A stretch of 63,293 bases of DNA, filler included, from Conidiobolus incongruus B7586 (taxonomy: Eukaryota), in assembly GCA_000697335.1 (NCBI GenBank). It is 9 parts of 9 records of this genome, joined end to end, with 100 filler letters (N's around TTAATTAATTAA, not from the genome) between each part and the next. Parts side by side here need not be neighbours in the genome. Positions count along the whole stretch, not along the records: positions 51,243 to 59,855 come from JNEM01006367.1; positions 59,956 to 61,634 come from JNEM01006370.1; positions 61,735 to 63,293 come from JNEM01006372.1; 6 more parts are not named here. One strand, given 5' to 3'. How positions within the stretch are numbered: the stretch's first letter is position 1; every line of letters starts with the position of its first letter. Below are positions 52,003 to 63,293 of this stretch, piece by piece. The position numbers and the translations under genes are program-made. The notes below the pieces were generated by a model. The model saw nothing but the letters and a program-made list of their open reading frames with translations. It was not told the DNA's origin and ran no database searches.

Positions 52003-53928
52003 TTAATATATTTTTGATTGATTTAATTTTGATACTAATTTTTTGTTTTTCTATATGAAACAATGAGTTAATATACAAAATTTTATATTAATTGTTTTTC
52101 TTACTTCTTGTTCTTGGAGTAACTGAGATTGTAAAAATTTCCTTAGTTTTTTCTCTTTTTTGAGTTCTTTTTCTAGTGTTTCTAATCTCATCAGTAGATG
52201 ATTGGGAAATTGCTGCGAATGAGGTGATATTGGTTGTTTGACTTGGGGGAAGGGAGATTCTATTGTGTTTTTGTTGGATTTGGAATCTTTGGGGCTGAAC
52301 ATCATTTGTAATCCGTCACCATTTGCATTGGCTGGAGGAGAATGTGATCGTGGTTGATTAATAGTTAATCTATGATCTTTGGAGGAATTTGTGTTGTTCA
52401 TTTGAACTTCATCAGAGCTACTAGCTCTCAATCGAACTGAACTTGATTTAAGAACATCGTTAAATTGGGGGTTTTGAGAAGGGCTATAAATAAAAATTAA
52501 CAAAACTTCTATTTGAATAGATGATATCATCATACTTTGATATTCCAACGGGACTGGGCATCACTTTAGAATTCAAAGTTTGGCTATACCTCGCTTTATT
52601 ACGGAGAGTTTTGCTCTACAGATCGATTGTTAACAAATATATTGAAAGTGAATTCAAAATTATCTTACTTTAGCTCTCTCTTTATCTTCATTGATTTGTT
52701 CGATAAATTTATTTCTAAAACATAATTTAATTTATATTGGACAAAAATAATGGATAATAGTAAACTTACTCTAACTCTTGTTTGTCATATCCCAAACTGT
52801 TTTCTATAATTAAATAAAAGATATAAATATTATGATATTAAAACTATCTTTAAAATATTATTTACCAAATTGTAATAAATCTTGGTTAATAACTTCCAAC
52901 TCTTCAATCCATCTCAAATCAACATCTTGAAATCTCTGCTGAACTACAAAAATAGTTAATGGAAATTAATAATAAAAATATACCAAATAAATTACGAGGT
53001 TCATGAATATTAGGTTTTTGAGGAGCGCCAGGAGATACTTTTGGTTTACTAACTGCGCCTTTCTTCATCTGTGCTTCAGCTTTCACTTTAATAGCTTCCA
53101 AAGGGCTTAAATCGGTGTGGAAACTAATTTCTACGCGACTTGGTTGAGATAATTGGAGGGGCGCGGGTTTAACTATTTCCCGTGGAGTATTTCCCTGATT
53201 TGGTGATTTTGGCTTTTTGGGAGTGACAGATATTGGTGTGGAAGTTTTTGCGGGATATTTTGAAACTGAGTCATTATTGAGTTTTGTTGGGGACACTAGT
53301 GAAATTGTTCTAATTTTAAAATATTAATAACATGATTACTAAATATTAATAAAGAGTAATTTACCTTCGGGAATTTTGCAACTGCTCTAAAGTTAAATGG
53401 TTTAAACTTTTGACATGATCAATAGGTTCCAATTGTGTTTCGTTAACCACGGTTGTATTGGATCTCATAATATTTTTTGGTAAGGTCAAATATTGAATAG
53501 ATTTACTAGAAACTAAAATTACAGAAAATATTCAATTAATAATCCAATAAACATATCTCGGTTTTAGTGTGGTTATTCAAATTAACTTTAATTAAAATTG
53601 GCCAAAAGGGTAAAGTTAAAGATATCATGGTGAATTTAAATCAAAAATTCAATATGCATTTGATAAATGTGTGTTAAATCAAATATAAAAATAACTTGAG
53701 GTATGAGAAACTCAAGTGACTTGAGAATTTACATATAATTTCTGTTTTGTACCACATGAATATTTGCGATATATTATCCATAATAATCATAATATGGTGA
53801 TAGTATAATCTTTAATTACCTTGTGATTGATTCAAAGACTTGGATTTTGCATGGTGAATGGGATGAAGATGTCTTGAAGAAGGAGAAAGATGGGAGACTT
53901 TTCCAACTGGTTCTGAGCTAAGTAACAT
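52003..53928 (-). CDS. Multi-exon Ser/Pro-rich protein with C-terminal coiled coil, function unknown
   Basis: Exon 1 53928-53820 (MLLSSEPVG...) splices in frame over a 307-nt intron to 53512. Further short GT-AG introns link ORFs 52919-53296 and 52051-52548. Last exon KNKKLVSKLNQSKIY*. TATATAAA lies about 90 bp upstream. Confidence 0.65.
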
Positions 53929-55452
53929 GTTAAACAAAAATCAAAACAATTATGTGAGCAGGGTGAGTAAAACCGGCGGGTGATTGAGCAAAAAAATTGT
54001 TGAACCTTCCAAACCCTTTTATATATACTTTGAATAAATTCAATCACATTAAATCCTTTTCTTTGTTCAAATCATATCGATGTCTAAATATAGTTAAATA
54101 GTAGCAGATTTCATTGTGTGATTATGTATTGAAAATATTGATTGGCTTGAATTTGAGGATATTCAGGAATTTTATTTTAAATTCGATATAATTTTTTCAA
54201 TTTACATCATAACATTTTTGTTTGAGTTTAATTTTTGCATACCATGCCATATTTCTTGTTATTAATCTGATCGCACAGCATGAAGAAATTTCATATAAAT
54301 TAAAAAAATAAGTTTAAAGCAATTAACTTAAGATTTATGTAATAAACAAGTTCAATTTTATCAGTTTTTTCTCTCAATTTCAATTTTAAATCCATATCAG
54401 TTGCTATTCTGAATGATAAAATACGGGATAATGGTTGATTTTAACAGTATGTTTGATAAATATCAATTAAAAATAACTTTAACCCTTAAATTGTCGCTAG
54501 ATGATGATTTCATTGATTCATTTCAACTGAATCAATTTAGTTTGAATTTTATTCTACAGTATCGATTGAGCTAAAAAACTATAAAAATTTTAGACTATTT
54601 GCAACGGAAGCACCTTAAACTTAGAGAATCCATTAATAGTTGAAATAACTTTACCTTATTTTTAATCAATAATAATCATACAGGTTATATATCTAAAAAT
54701 AAAATTATAAGATGTAACTTTTAATCTATTCCTTTTAAATCAGCAAATTATGATACAATTTCCCTTATTTGTTTCCTAAGGGAATATTATGACCAACTAC
54801 AAGTTTTAAACTAAAAAATCATTATTAAAATTAAATAGTCCTAGTTTGAAAGGATTCCAATAATATTTTAACACCCTTAAAATCATTCCTATTATAAATG
54901 AATTATCCAATCTTTAAATTATTTTATTTATATTTTTTATATTCAAGTATCAAGTTTCAATCTTAAAAATTTTTTTGAGCAAATTTGATTAACCAAAATT
55001 TTCCAATTTAGTATTCATAAGCGATAAGTTACAATTAAAAACTTTCATTATCTGTTTATTTTATTTATTAATTCAATTGATATTTTGATATAAATTAAAG
55101 ATCATTTTTGAAAAATATTTTGAAAATATTGAATATTCCTTACAAACAGGATAAAATGAATAGTTCCAAATTTGGAAATTTTCAATTCAGATTAGATTAT
55201 TCAAATACAGTGAATGCAAAAATTTCTGTGATTAGAAAAAATATATTGTACTTCGATAGCTATATTAATAAAAGCATTAAATTAAAATGATTAGTAAATT
55301 AATTAAATCAGAACTTCATATTTTTGTATTTTCTTAATATGGCTTTTATTCATTATTTATATTTGAAACACGACTGTTGAATATTAAATAATAGATAAAA
55401 AAATCAAAAAATTCTTTATCAGTTTAAAAATAACTAAAGTATAATAGAATAT

Positions 55453-56390
55453 ATGAAGCTAGTATGTGGACCTAATCATGAATACTTGCATAAAAGTAAA
55501 TAAACTCTTAGAGGTTATGAATTTATCAAAATTGTTGAAATATCCATATAGACATCATCATGAAATCATCGAAATTATAATCAATATAAATTTAAAAATA
55601 ATAATAATCAAAAATAACATAATTGGAATAATAATACTAAATAATTTTAGGAACCAATAATAATAAACAATAAACTAAACTAATCAATTTCAAATCATTC
55701 ATTAAATCGATTTTAGTTTATTATAATATTTACTAAAGGTTTGAAAACCTTGTAAAAAATTAAATAATTCTGGGTTTATGATTTAATCTCTTTAGTAAAA
55801 TAAACTGAGAGTGATCTTTAATTTACTTGTCAATTGTTAGTGCTAATATAATAAAGCGATATCAGTTAATTATCGTAATATTACCACAACTTCAAACTGA
55901 AGATAATCAGGTGAATGATTGGGGTGAAATAGAATTTGATTTTGATTAGTGGTGCTTCAGCACAGTCGAATCATATCAACACAAATAATAATTTGAGTTA
56001 ATAATATAATAATCAAGAACAATACAATCTTCAGCAGAATAATCAGGATGCTAATAGAGGTCAAACTCAATTTCAAGAGGAACATCACCCTGAATAAGGG
56101 AACAAACAACAGAAACCAATTTATATAAATAGTGATAGATCCGAATACCATAATCAAACTCAGTCAAGTTGTAATGATAGATATTCTCCAAACGTTAGTG
56201 AATAAGGCCAGAATAATCAAAATAATTAGTATACTCAAAATAATCAATCTAATAATGATACGAATGTGAGGCACGATTGGACCTTAGGGGTATAATGCGA
56301 AGCAGTGGGGTGCACCACTCAAAGATTCACAATCTAGTGAAGAGATTAGTATTTCTAAAATTATACCAATTTTCGTTAAGGAATAAGAGA
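55453..56390 (+). pseudogene. Decayed Gln/Asn-rich coding sequence
   Basis: Frame from 55981 reads TNNNLS**YNNQEQYNLQQNNQDANRGQTQFQEEHHPE*GNKQQKP...SE*GQNNQNN*YTQNNQ, with stops in Gln-like contexts. Ends are approximate. Confidence 0.5.
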
Positions 56391-56618
56391 TTTTTAATAT
56401 TATTATATTAGTAATAAAACGTAATTAATTGTATATATAAAATATAAAAATAATAATGATGATTCAGAAAATATTGCAAAAAATATATGGCTATGTCCAT
56501 ATTCATCAAATAATGGCGATTTAGGAAATATATATGTTTATTCACATTAATCATAGTAAGATAATTATAGCAAATTGATAAAATTAAAAAAAATATGAAT
56601 CAGTTACACTCAGACGAA

Positions 56619-58277
56619 TTATTTAGCACCTCCAGGTATTAGATTAGGTCCTGTTGCGTGCGGAACTGGAGGAATGGTGCCTGTTTTGGTATCGGTAGCA
56701 TTAGTAGGAGAAGTAGGTCCTGCTACTGGAAGATTGGTACCTGTTGTAGTGGTTGGTGTTAAAGGAGAGCTAGTTACAGGATGGGGTTCTTTTGCAGCTA
56801 GTGCATGAGTCGTTACAGTAGTTTCAGTGGTAGTTGTTGAATTAGCAGTAGTTTGAGTGGCGCTTGAGTTGGTAGCAGGAGTAGCAGTCACAATAGGATC
56901 AGTGATTGTTTGAGCCAAGCTAGCATCGGGAGCAGGAGTTAATGGGGCAGGTGCATTCTGAGTGGCTGTAACCTCTTTCGGGACTGCAGAGCTGTCGACA
57001 GCAGCAGTAGTGACAGCAGTAGCTGTTGCTGCCGTAGCTGCTGCAGCTGGTGCGGTGACAACGGGAGGAACGTTGGAATCGTTACCAGGTCTAATAACAC
57101 CTTCAGATTTTTTGGAAATTTCTTCCCACCATTCCATTGCTTCTTCATGAGTGTTGAATTTGAGCTCATAATCAGTATCTGATTTGAATAGCTTGCCGCT
57201 GGCTTTCTGAGTTATAAAGAATTCGGTTACGGTGGGTTTAGGGGATGGCCCAAGTGTAGAGTGACTTAAATCAATACTAAAGTCAGGTTCCTTGTGCAAA
57301 TGGAGTTCAGATGAAGGGAACGCATGTAAGAATCCAGTGGGAGTCAAATATGCATAATGATCTTTATAAGATTTGAACGGTCCAATTCCACTTTTGTACT
57401 TCAAGGGTCCTGATTTGATAGTTTCAAGTAAAGGATTGTCACGCTCAGGGTAATATACGTCTTCAAATGTGAGATTCTGATTTTCACCGGGGATTATATT
57501 AGGATGATTTTGAGTAAATCTGACCCACTCTCCATTATCTGGGAATGTGGTAGCAAGTGTGTCAATCCTGGTCGCGAATTGTGTCAACTCCATCATGCTC
57601 TTATTCTTCCACTCGAAGTAGTTTTTGAGAATTTTCTTGAGAGTAGAGACGATACTTTCTTCAAATACGCTGAGTGAATGAGTAGAAGATTGCATGGCTT
57701 TGATGTAGGAGTTTTGTTCATCCACATTTTTGTGCAGTTGACGCTTAAGTTCGTGGTTCGCCAGCCAAGGATCCTCACGAGTACTACTCTCAGAATTCAC
57801 AGGCTCCATAGCTTTAGACAGGTTAGTCATGTGTTCATGAGTATGCGAGTGGCTCTTATTCAAACTCTTGTTGATTTTTTCATACTCAGCCTCCACTTCT
57901 TTATGTTTTCTCTTGATATCGTTTTTCAAAGTGTTTAGATCTTTAATTGTCTCATTGGTGATACTCTTAGCAGTCTTATTGTAGACATCACTCAACTCAT
58001 TGTGGTAGTCCTTGAATACTTGAGTTAACTGCTGAATTCCTGGCTCGCTCTCTGGAATGAAGAGTTGGTGTTCTTTGAATGGAACAGTTAAAGTTGAATG
58101 GGTCTTAATGAGACCTTTTGAGAAAGACTCTTCTGCAGAAGCGACCTCTTCGAAATGCTTGATATAATCTTTAACTACTTGCTTCCATGCCAATAATCTT
58201 TTCTCGAGAAGTTGAGTATTTGGAGTAGGATCCCCCTCAGTACTGAAGGAAGAAGTAGTATCAGTTCTAGTAGTCAT
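56619..58277 (-). CDS. Slm1/Slm2-like BAR-PH phosphoinositide-binding protein with Thr/Ala/Pro-rich tail, intronless, 552 aa
   Basis: LLEKRLLAWKQVVKDYIKHFEEVA and DPWLAN in a helical BAR region; PH domain GPLKYKS...KSYKDHYAYLTPTGFLHAF...PDFSIDL...EEAMEWWEEI. Confidence 0.85.
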   Translation of the reverse strand: MTTRTDTTSSFSTEGDPTPNTQLLEKRLLAWKQVVKDYIKHFEEVASAEESFSKGLIKTHSTLTVPFKEHQLFIPESEPGIQQLTQVFKDYHNELSDVYNKTAKSITNETIKDLNTLKNDIKRKHKEVEAEYEKINKSLNKSHSHTHEHMTNLSKAMEPVNSESSTREDPWLANHELKRQLHKNVDEQNSYIKAMQSSTHSLSVFEESIVSTLKKILKNYFEWKNKSMMELTQFATRIDTLATTFPDNGEWVRFTQNHPNIIPGENQNLTFEDVYYPERDNPLLETIKSGPLKYKSGIGPFKSYKDHYAYLTPTGFLHAFPSSELHLHKEPDFSIDLSHSTLGPSPKPTVTEFFITQKASGKLFKSDTDYELKFNTHEEAMEWWEEISKKSEGVIRPGNDSNVPPVVTAPAAAATAATATAVTTAAVDSSAVPKEVTATQNAPAPLTPAPDASLAQTITDPIVTATPATNSSATQTTANSTTTTETTVTTHALAAKEPHPVTSSPLTPTTTTGTNLPVAGPTSPTNATDTKTGTIPPVPHATGPNLIPGGAK

Positions 58278-59955
58278 TCAATTATATAATAATGATGTTT
58301 TATCAGTTAATTATTATTTTATTCAACTATCAACTTGTTTTGATTTTTTTGATATTTCTCCCAAAGATTCATAGAGACTAAATCTCTATTTATATGAATG
58401 AATTCAAAATAATGAAATTTTGCTAAATTAAGTTCTGTTTCAAATTATTCACCTCAATTCTTCATGAAAACAGAACATCACGAGATTATTACGTCATAAC
58501 TAATGCTCTATGCTCACTTTATGTAATTTATAAGTCATTCAATAACATTATCATCAGAATATCAACGCCACTCCATCATCGATTTCCTGACTATAAAATG
58601 ATAAGATTATCCCATTCAATTTAAAACATATATCTGTGACTTATAGCAACTAGTTCTATTAGATTCTAGTATCTTATTTCTTAAAACAAGACTATACAAC
58701 TTGAATCTATCTAAATTTTAATTAAATAGAAAATGATTGACTAAAATACATATCATTCAATAATCAACTGGTTAAGTTTATCAATAAGGTGAATACATCG
58801 AACTGACCACTCTTAATAGTATAATGGTTGAGTTAAATCATGATTTTACTTTATCCTGGAATTTGGTCATTTGTTTTGAACATATAATAAGAATGATTCA
58901 TTCTATTAGTCTGTGATTTGTTGAATTGGTATTATTTTTTATGGTGTTATTTGATTGATCTTTACAGAGTCATTGTATTTTTAATTATGAAACTGTAGAT
59001 TTTAAAGAAATATTGTGGTTAAGCCCGTATACAATTCCCCTATTATCCATATGACCTTGGTCTAATTATTACTTGTATACAATATAAACCCAATAAAATA
59101 TGTTATGTTTGCGAAATTATTCATTTTGATAATGTATAACTATTCAATCAATTTAATTATCATGTTCCAGATATCATGTTGATAAAATTTCTATAAACAT
59201 TAGTAACTTGAAATTATGATTCATAATTTATTTTTATAGCATTGCTTTCAAAAATGTGTAAATCATCACTTACAATCAACCTTGTCCAAGTCCTACATGG
59301 AGACTAAAGATCCTAAGAGAGTAAATCCCAACCCCAATCTTGGAAGACTGGTTTTATTAATTATTAAATCACCAAATAATATGTTTCTAGCATTAACAAT
59401 ATCTTATTTAACCTCACATAATATTAAGGACATATATAGACCTTATTTGATCCAAGTTATATATACAAATATCCATGATTTCTATATGTTTAACTTGGAT
59501 AATATTAATAAATTATATTTACCTTTTATTAATGATATTCTTTTGTTTTATTAAATAAACTTTGATTAAATATATAATATAACTAAACATTATTTTTATC
59601 ATTTAATTTATATTACATTTATTAGCTTTTCTTATTTTGATTTCAAATTTAAGAAATAATATATGTTAATTTTATAAAAATTTCAAATTAATTAATTTTT
59701 GATTTTTTAAATAATTTATTTGTTTTGAAAATATATATAAGAGAATTAATATTTTTAATTTATATTTAATAATTTATTTATTAAAATATTCTAGAAATTT
59801 AAGGTTAAATTTAATTATAATAAAATTAAATAATAATCATCAAAAATTTTTATTTNNNNNNNNNNNNNNNNNNNNNNNNNNNNNNNNNNNNNNNNNNNNT
59901 TAATTAATTAANNNNNNNNNNNNNNNNNNNNNNNNNNNNNNNNNNNNNNNNNNNN

Positions 59956-60369
59956 TATTCTAAAACTTAAGTCTCTAATAATATTATAAAAAGTTTTTTT
60001 AATAATAACTATTCTAGCTTTTTTAAGCTTTAGTTAAATTATAAGATATTTATTTTATATTTTTATTTATTTATTTAAATCTGAAGTTTTATATATAAAA
60101 ATTACTTATAAGACTTATATTAAACTATTTTAATAATTTTTTAACTTAAATTAAAATTTTTTTTCAATATATTTTTTATTTTATTAAAATTTATAAAAGT
60201 GATAATTGATATTAGTTTTTTTAAATTTTAATAGGTTTTAGATAATTTCTATTTTAGCTTTAAAATAATTTATTTAATGATAAATAATTAATTTAAAAAA
60301 TTATTTATTATCAAAAATTATTTATAAATTTTAAATAATTTTAGAGAATATATGGTTATGTTTTAATAA
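59956..60369 (-). mobile_element. Degenerate mariner M5 fragment, truncated where M4 begins
   Basis: Reverse complement is colinear with about 60580-61000 of M4. Confidence 0.7.
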
Positions 60370-61634
60370 TATTATCTTGAATTTAAAATAATGGGAAATT
60401 TTTTAATTTCTGATTTTTCAAATATATTATTAGTTTGAAATAAATAAATATATACAAAGTTAATAGGAAATTATATATATAATAATTTTTTTGATTAAAA
60501 AATTAATTTTTTAAAATTGGTTGTTTAATTTAATCATGCTTAAATTAAATATTAATCATTAAAAGTTTTTTATTTTAGTATTAGTAAAACTTAACCATAA
60601 ACCCTCTAAAATTATTTAAAATTTACAAGCAGCTTTTAATAATAAAGTATTATCAAAATCAACAATTTATTGCTAGGTAAATTATTTTAAGGTTAAAAAA
60701 GAAACTATCTCAAACTTGCTAAAATCTAAAAAACTAACTTTAACTGTTATTCTTTTAATTATTAATAGAGTGAAAAAATATATTGAAAAACATCTTTTTA
60801 TTTCAGCTAGAGAATTATCTAAACACTTTATTATTAGTCTTATAAGTATTTTCTATATATTAAAGTTTAAACTCAAATTAATAAATAAAAATATAAAATA
60901 GATATCTTATAATTTAACTAAAGTTTAAAAAAAAGCTAAAATAGTTATTGCTAAACAAAATTTACTATAATATTACTAGAAACCTAAACTTTTACAGTGA
61001 ATAATTACAATTGATGAATCTTAGATCCTTATATATAATTCTTTATCAAAACATAAATTAAGATGCTGGATTAAGCTAAATCAACCCCCTTTACAAATCA
61101 CTTTAAATAAATATTTTGTTAATAAGCAAATATTAATTATTATAATAGATTATAATAGTATATGCTACTTTTATTTAGTTCCTAAAGGAAAATCAATTAA
61201 TAATAAACTTTATATTGCTTTTTTAAATAAAAGTATTTCTAATTGGTGTTTTTAATATAATTTGAGAAAACCTATTATTTTGCATGATAATTGTAAAATA
61301 TATAAATCTAAAGCTATAAAAAACTTTCAAATTAAAAATAACTGGAAAAAACTACTATATCTATTATACTCTTTAGATTATAACCTATGTGATTATAATT
61401 GCTTTAGATAATTAAAAAACCAGCTTACAAGAAAGAAAATTTCTATAAAAAAATTTAATTGATTTGTGAAATATCAAATTTCTGTCTTTAATAAAAAAAA
61501 CTATTTTTTAGTTATTAGATCTCTGTTAAAAATATAGCAAAAAGTTATTAATAATTAAAATAACTATTAAATTTATATTATATATTTATTTTTATATATT
61601 ATATATTAAAATATTTATTTTTTTTGAATCACAA
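60370..61634 (+). mobile_element. Mariner M4, near full length, hypermutated (right TIR in gap)
   Basis: Left TIR TATTATCTTGAATTTAAAATAATGGGAAATTTTTT; decayed motifs SARELSKHF, K*ISYNLT (WxPHxL), ITIDES*I, LHDN; aligns to M2. Confidence 0.9.
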
Positions 61635-61867
61635 NNNNNNNNNNNNNNNNNNNNNNNNNNNNNNNNNNNNNNNNNNNNTTAATTAATTAANNNNNNNNNN
61701 NNNNNNNNNNNNNNNNNNNNNNNNNNNNNNNNNNATTTATTTTTTAGAAAGTTTGATTTAAATATAAAACACTTAATTTATAGTTAAATTATATAAAATT
61801 CAAGATATATTTATATTTTTAATCTAAATTTAAATATTAATATATATAATATATTTATATACTAACC

Positions 61868-63293
61868 TGCAAAAGTGAGTCATAAAATCAAAAATATATA
61901 TATTTTAATTAATAACTAAAACAATTATATATATTAGATTACTTGAAACTATAATATATAATTAAGGTATATTATTTAATAATAAATAAATATATTTAGA
62001 TATATTTAGTAAACTATTAGGAAAAAATATTAACCTTTAATATTTAACCAAGGTAAGTTATAAATTTGTGGGTTTTTGAGATAAAGGGATATATTTAACA
62101 ATATATAACTATATCTTTTTTCTCTTTTTGTTATTATTTTATATAATATTTTACAGATATACTAAATTCTTTTTATTAGTATTATTATACTTAAATCCCT
62201 CTCTAAAAAAATCCACTTGTATATTAATCAACTTTATAAAAAAGGTAAATCAACTCATGATATTGCTAGAATTACTAGTGTTAGCTAGTTTACTATAGCT
62301 AGGGTTGTTAAGAATAACAATAAAAAAACATTTAAACTTAAACTTAAGTATACTAGGATTATAAATAAACATGATGAGAAGTATATCTATAGGTTGGTTA
62401 ATACAAGCAAGTGTGGTACTACTGTAGAAATACAACAGGAACTACAAGACTATATAGGAATATTGGTTAGTATTGATACTATTATATGTACTTTACATTA
62501 GCATAGATACTATTTACACTTTAAGAAAAAACACCCCCAACTAAAGAAATCCTATTGTAAAGCTAGGTAAGAGTTTGAATGTTGTTATTAATGCTAAACT
62601 AAAACTAATTAGAGTAAGGTTATTTAATTTAATGAAACAAAAATATACTTTAGTGGATTTAATAAAAAAGCTAGATGCTTCAAAAAAGATGTAGAATTAC
62701 TTTGTGACTATTATGTTAATTTTACCTAAAAATATAATGGTGGGTTAATTATTATTTAGGGATATATGTTATCTTTAGATGTAAAGTATCTTTATAAAGT
62801 TAATAGGGGAATTAATACTAAAATATACCAAAGTATTCTAAATAATAAATTGAAAAAAACCATTGAATAGTATAGGTTAAACAAATCTGATGTTATTTTC
62901 TAGCAAGATAATTCTTCTTGCTATACTACAGCTTCTACTACCAAATAGCTTAAAAATAACAAGATAATAGTTATGAAGTAGCTTCTTCAATCTCTTAACT
63001 TTAATCTAATTAAACACTTTTGGGATCAGTTAAAAAAAGTTATTAAAGCTTTCCCCCCAATAAAAAATTTAGATCAACTTTAAAAATATATTCAAGAAGC
63101 ATAGAACAAGATTAACCTTTTTTAGTGTAAGAAGTTAATTGATTCTATACCCTACAAACTTAAAGAAGTTAGAAAAGCTAAAGGTAGATATACTAGGTTT
63201 TAATTTTTTTTATCACCAAAAACCTATAAATTTATAACTCACTTTAGGTAAAATTTAAAGGTTTATATTTTAGCTAATTAATAGCTAAATATC
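61868..63293 (+). mobile_element. Tc1-family transposon T3, hypermutated; transposase pseudogene 62187-63203; right TIR runs off the window
   Basis: Colinear with T1 with the same 1017-nt frame; left TIR of about 200 bp matches T2. Confidence 0.9.

Noticed and set aside
55981..56300. TAA/TAG reassigned to Gln (alternative genetic code)
   Set aside because: Intact genes here end in TAA and have no internal stops; internal stops occur only in repeats and relics, and also replace Trp codons
56619..58277. Eisosome gene cluster (Slm1-like plus Pst2/Ycp4-like genes)
   Set aside because: More than 23 kb and four assembly spacers apart, with unrelated genes between; no evidence of functional clustering
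60716..62435. Short ORFs 60716-60901 and 62250-62435 as independent genes
   Set aside because: A fragment of the mutated mariner transposase and an antisense shadow of Tc1 T3

Overview
Very AT-rich eukaryotic DNA, almost certainly fungal: short 40-60 nt GT-AG introns, and Slm1-, Ycp4/Pst2-, Adk2- and IDO-gamma-like genes. An early-diverging lineage such as Entomophthorales (Conidiobolus-like) is my inference, not proven. Eight 100-bp assembly spacers (N44-TTAATTAATTAA-N44) break the window, mostly at transposon copies. Host genes: two tandem DinB-like genes, an IDO-gamma-type dioxygenase, a C2H2 zinc-finger gene, an Atg31-like gene, four WrbA/flavodoxin-like quinone reductase copies (two intact, two pseudogenes), mitochondrial adenylate kinase Adk2, a GT14 glycosyltransferase, a coiled-coil hypothetical and a BAR-PH Slm1-like gene. 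Mobile DNA: three copies of an IR/DR Tc1 (DD34E) family, many mariner (DD34D) copies, three solo LTRs, and a young Ty3/Gypsy element with a -1 frameshift signal, a hydrophobic Gag N-terminus and a polypyrimidine tract in place of a tRNA PBS. The strongest signal is that repeated DNA transposons are riddled with C>T/G>A transitions, mainly CpA>TpA then CpT, with CpG essentially absent and almost no indels. This looks like RIP-like genome defence in what appears to be a non-Dikarya fungus. All counts are by eye and need computational confirmation.
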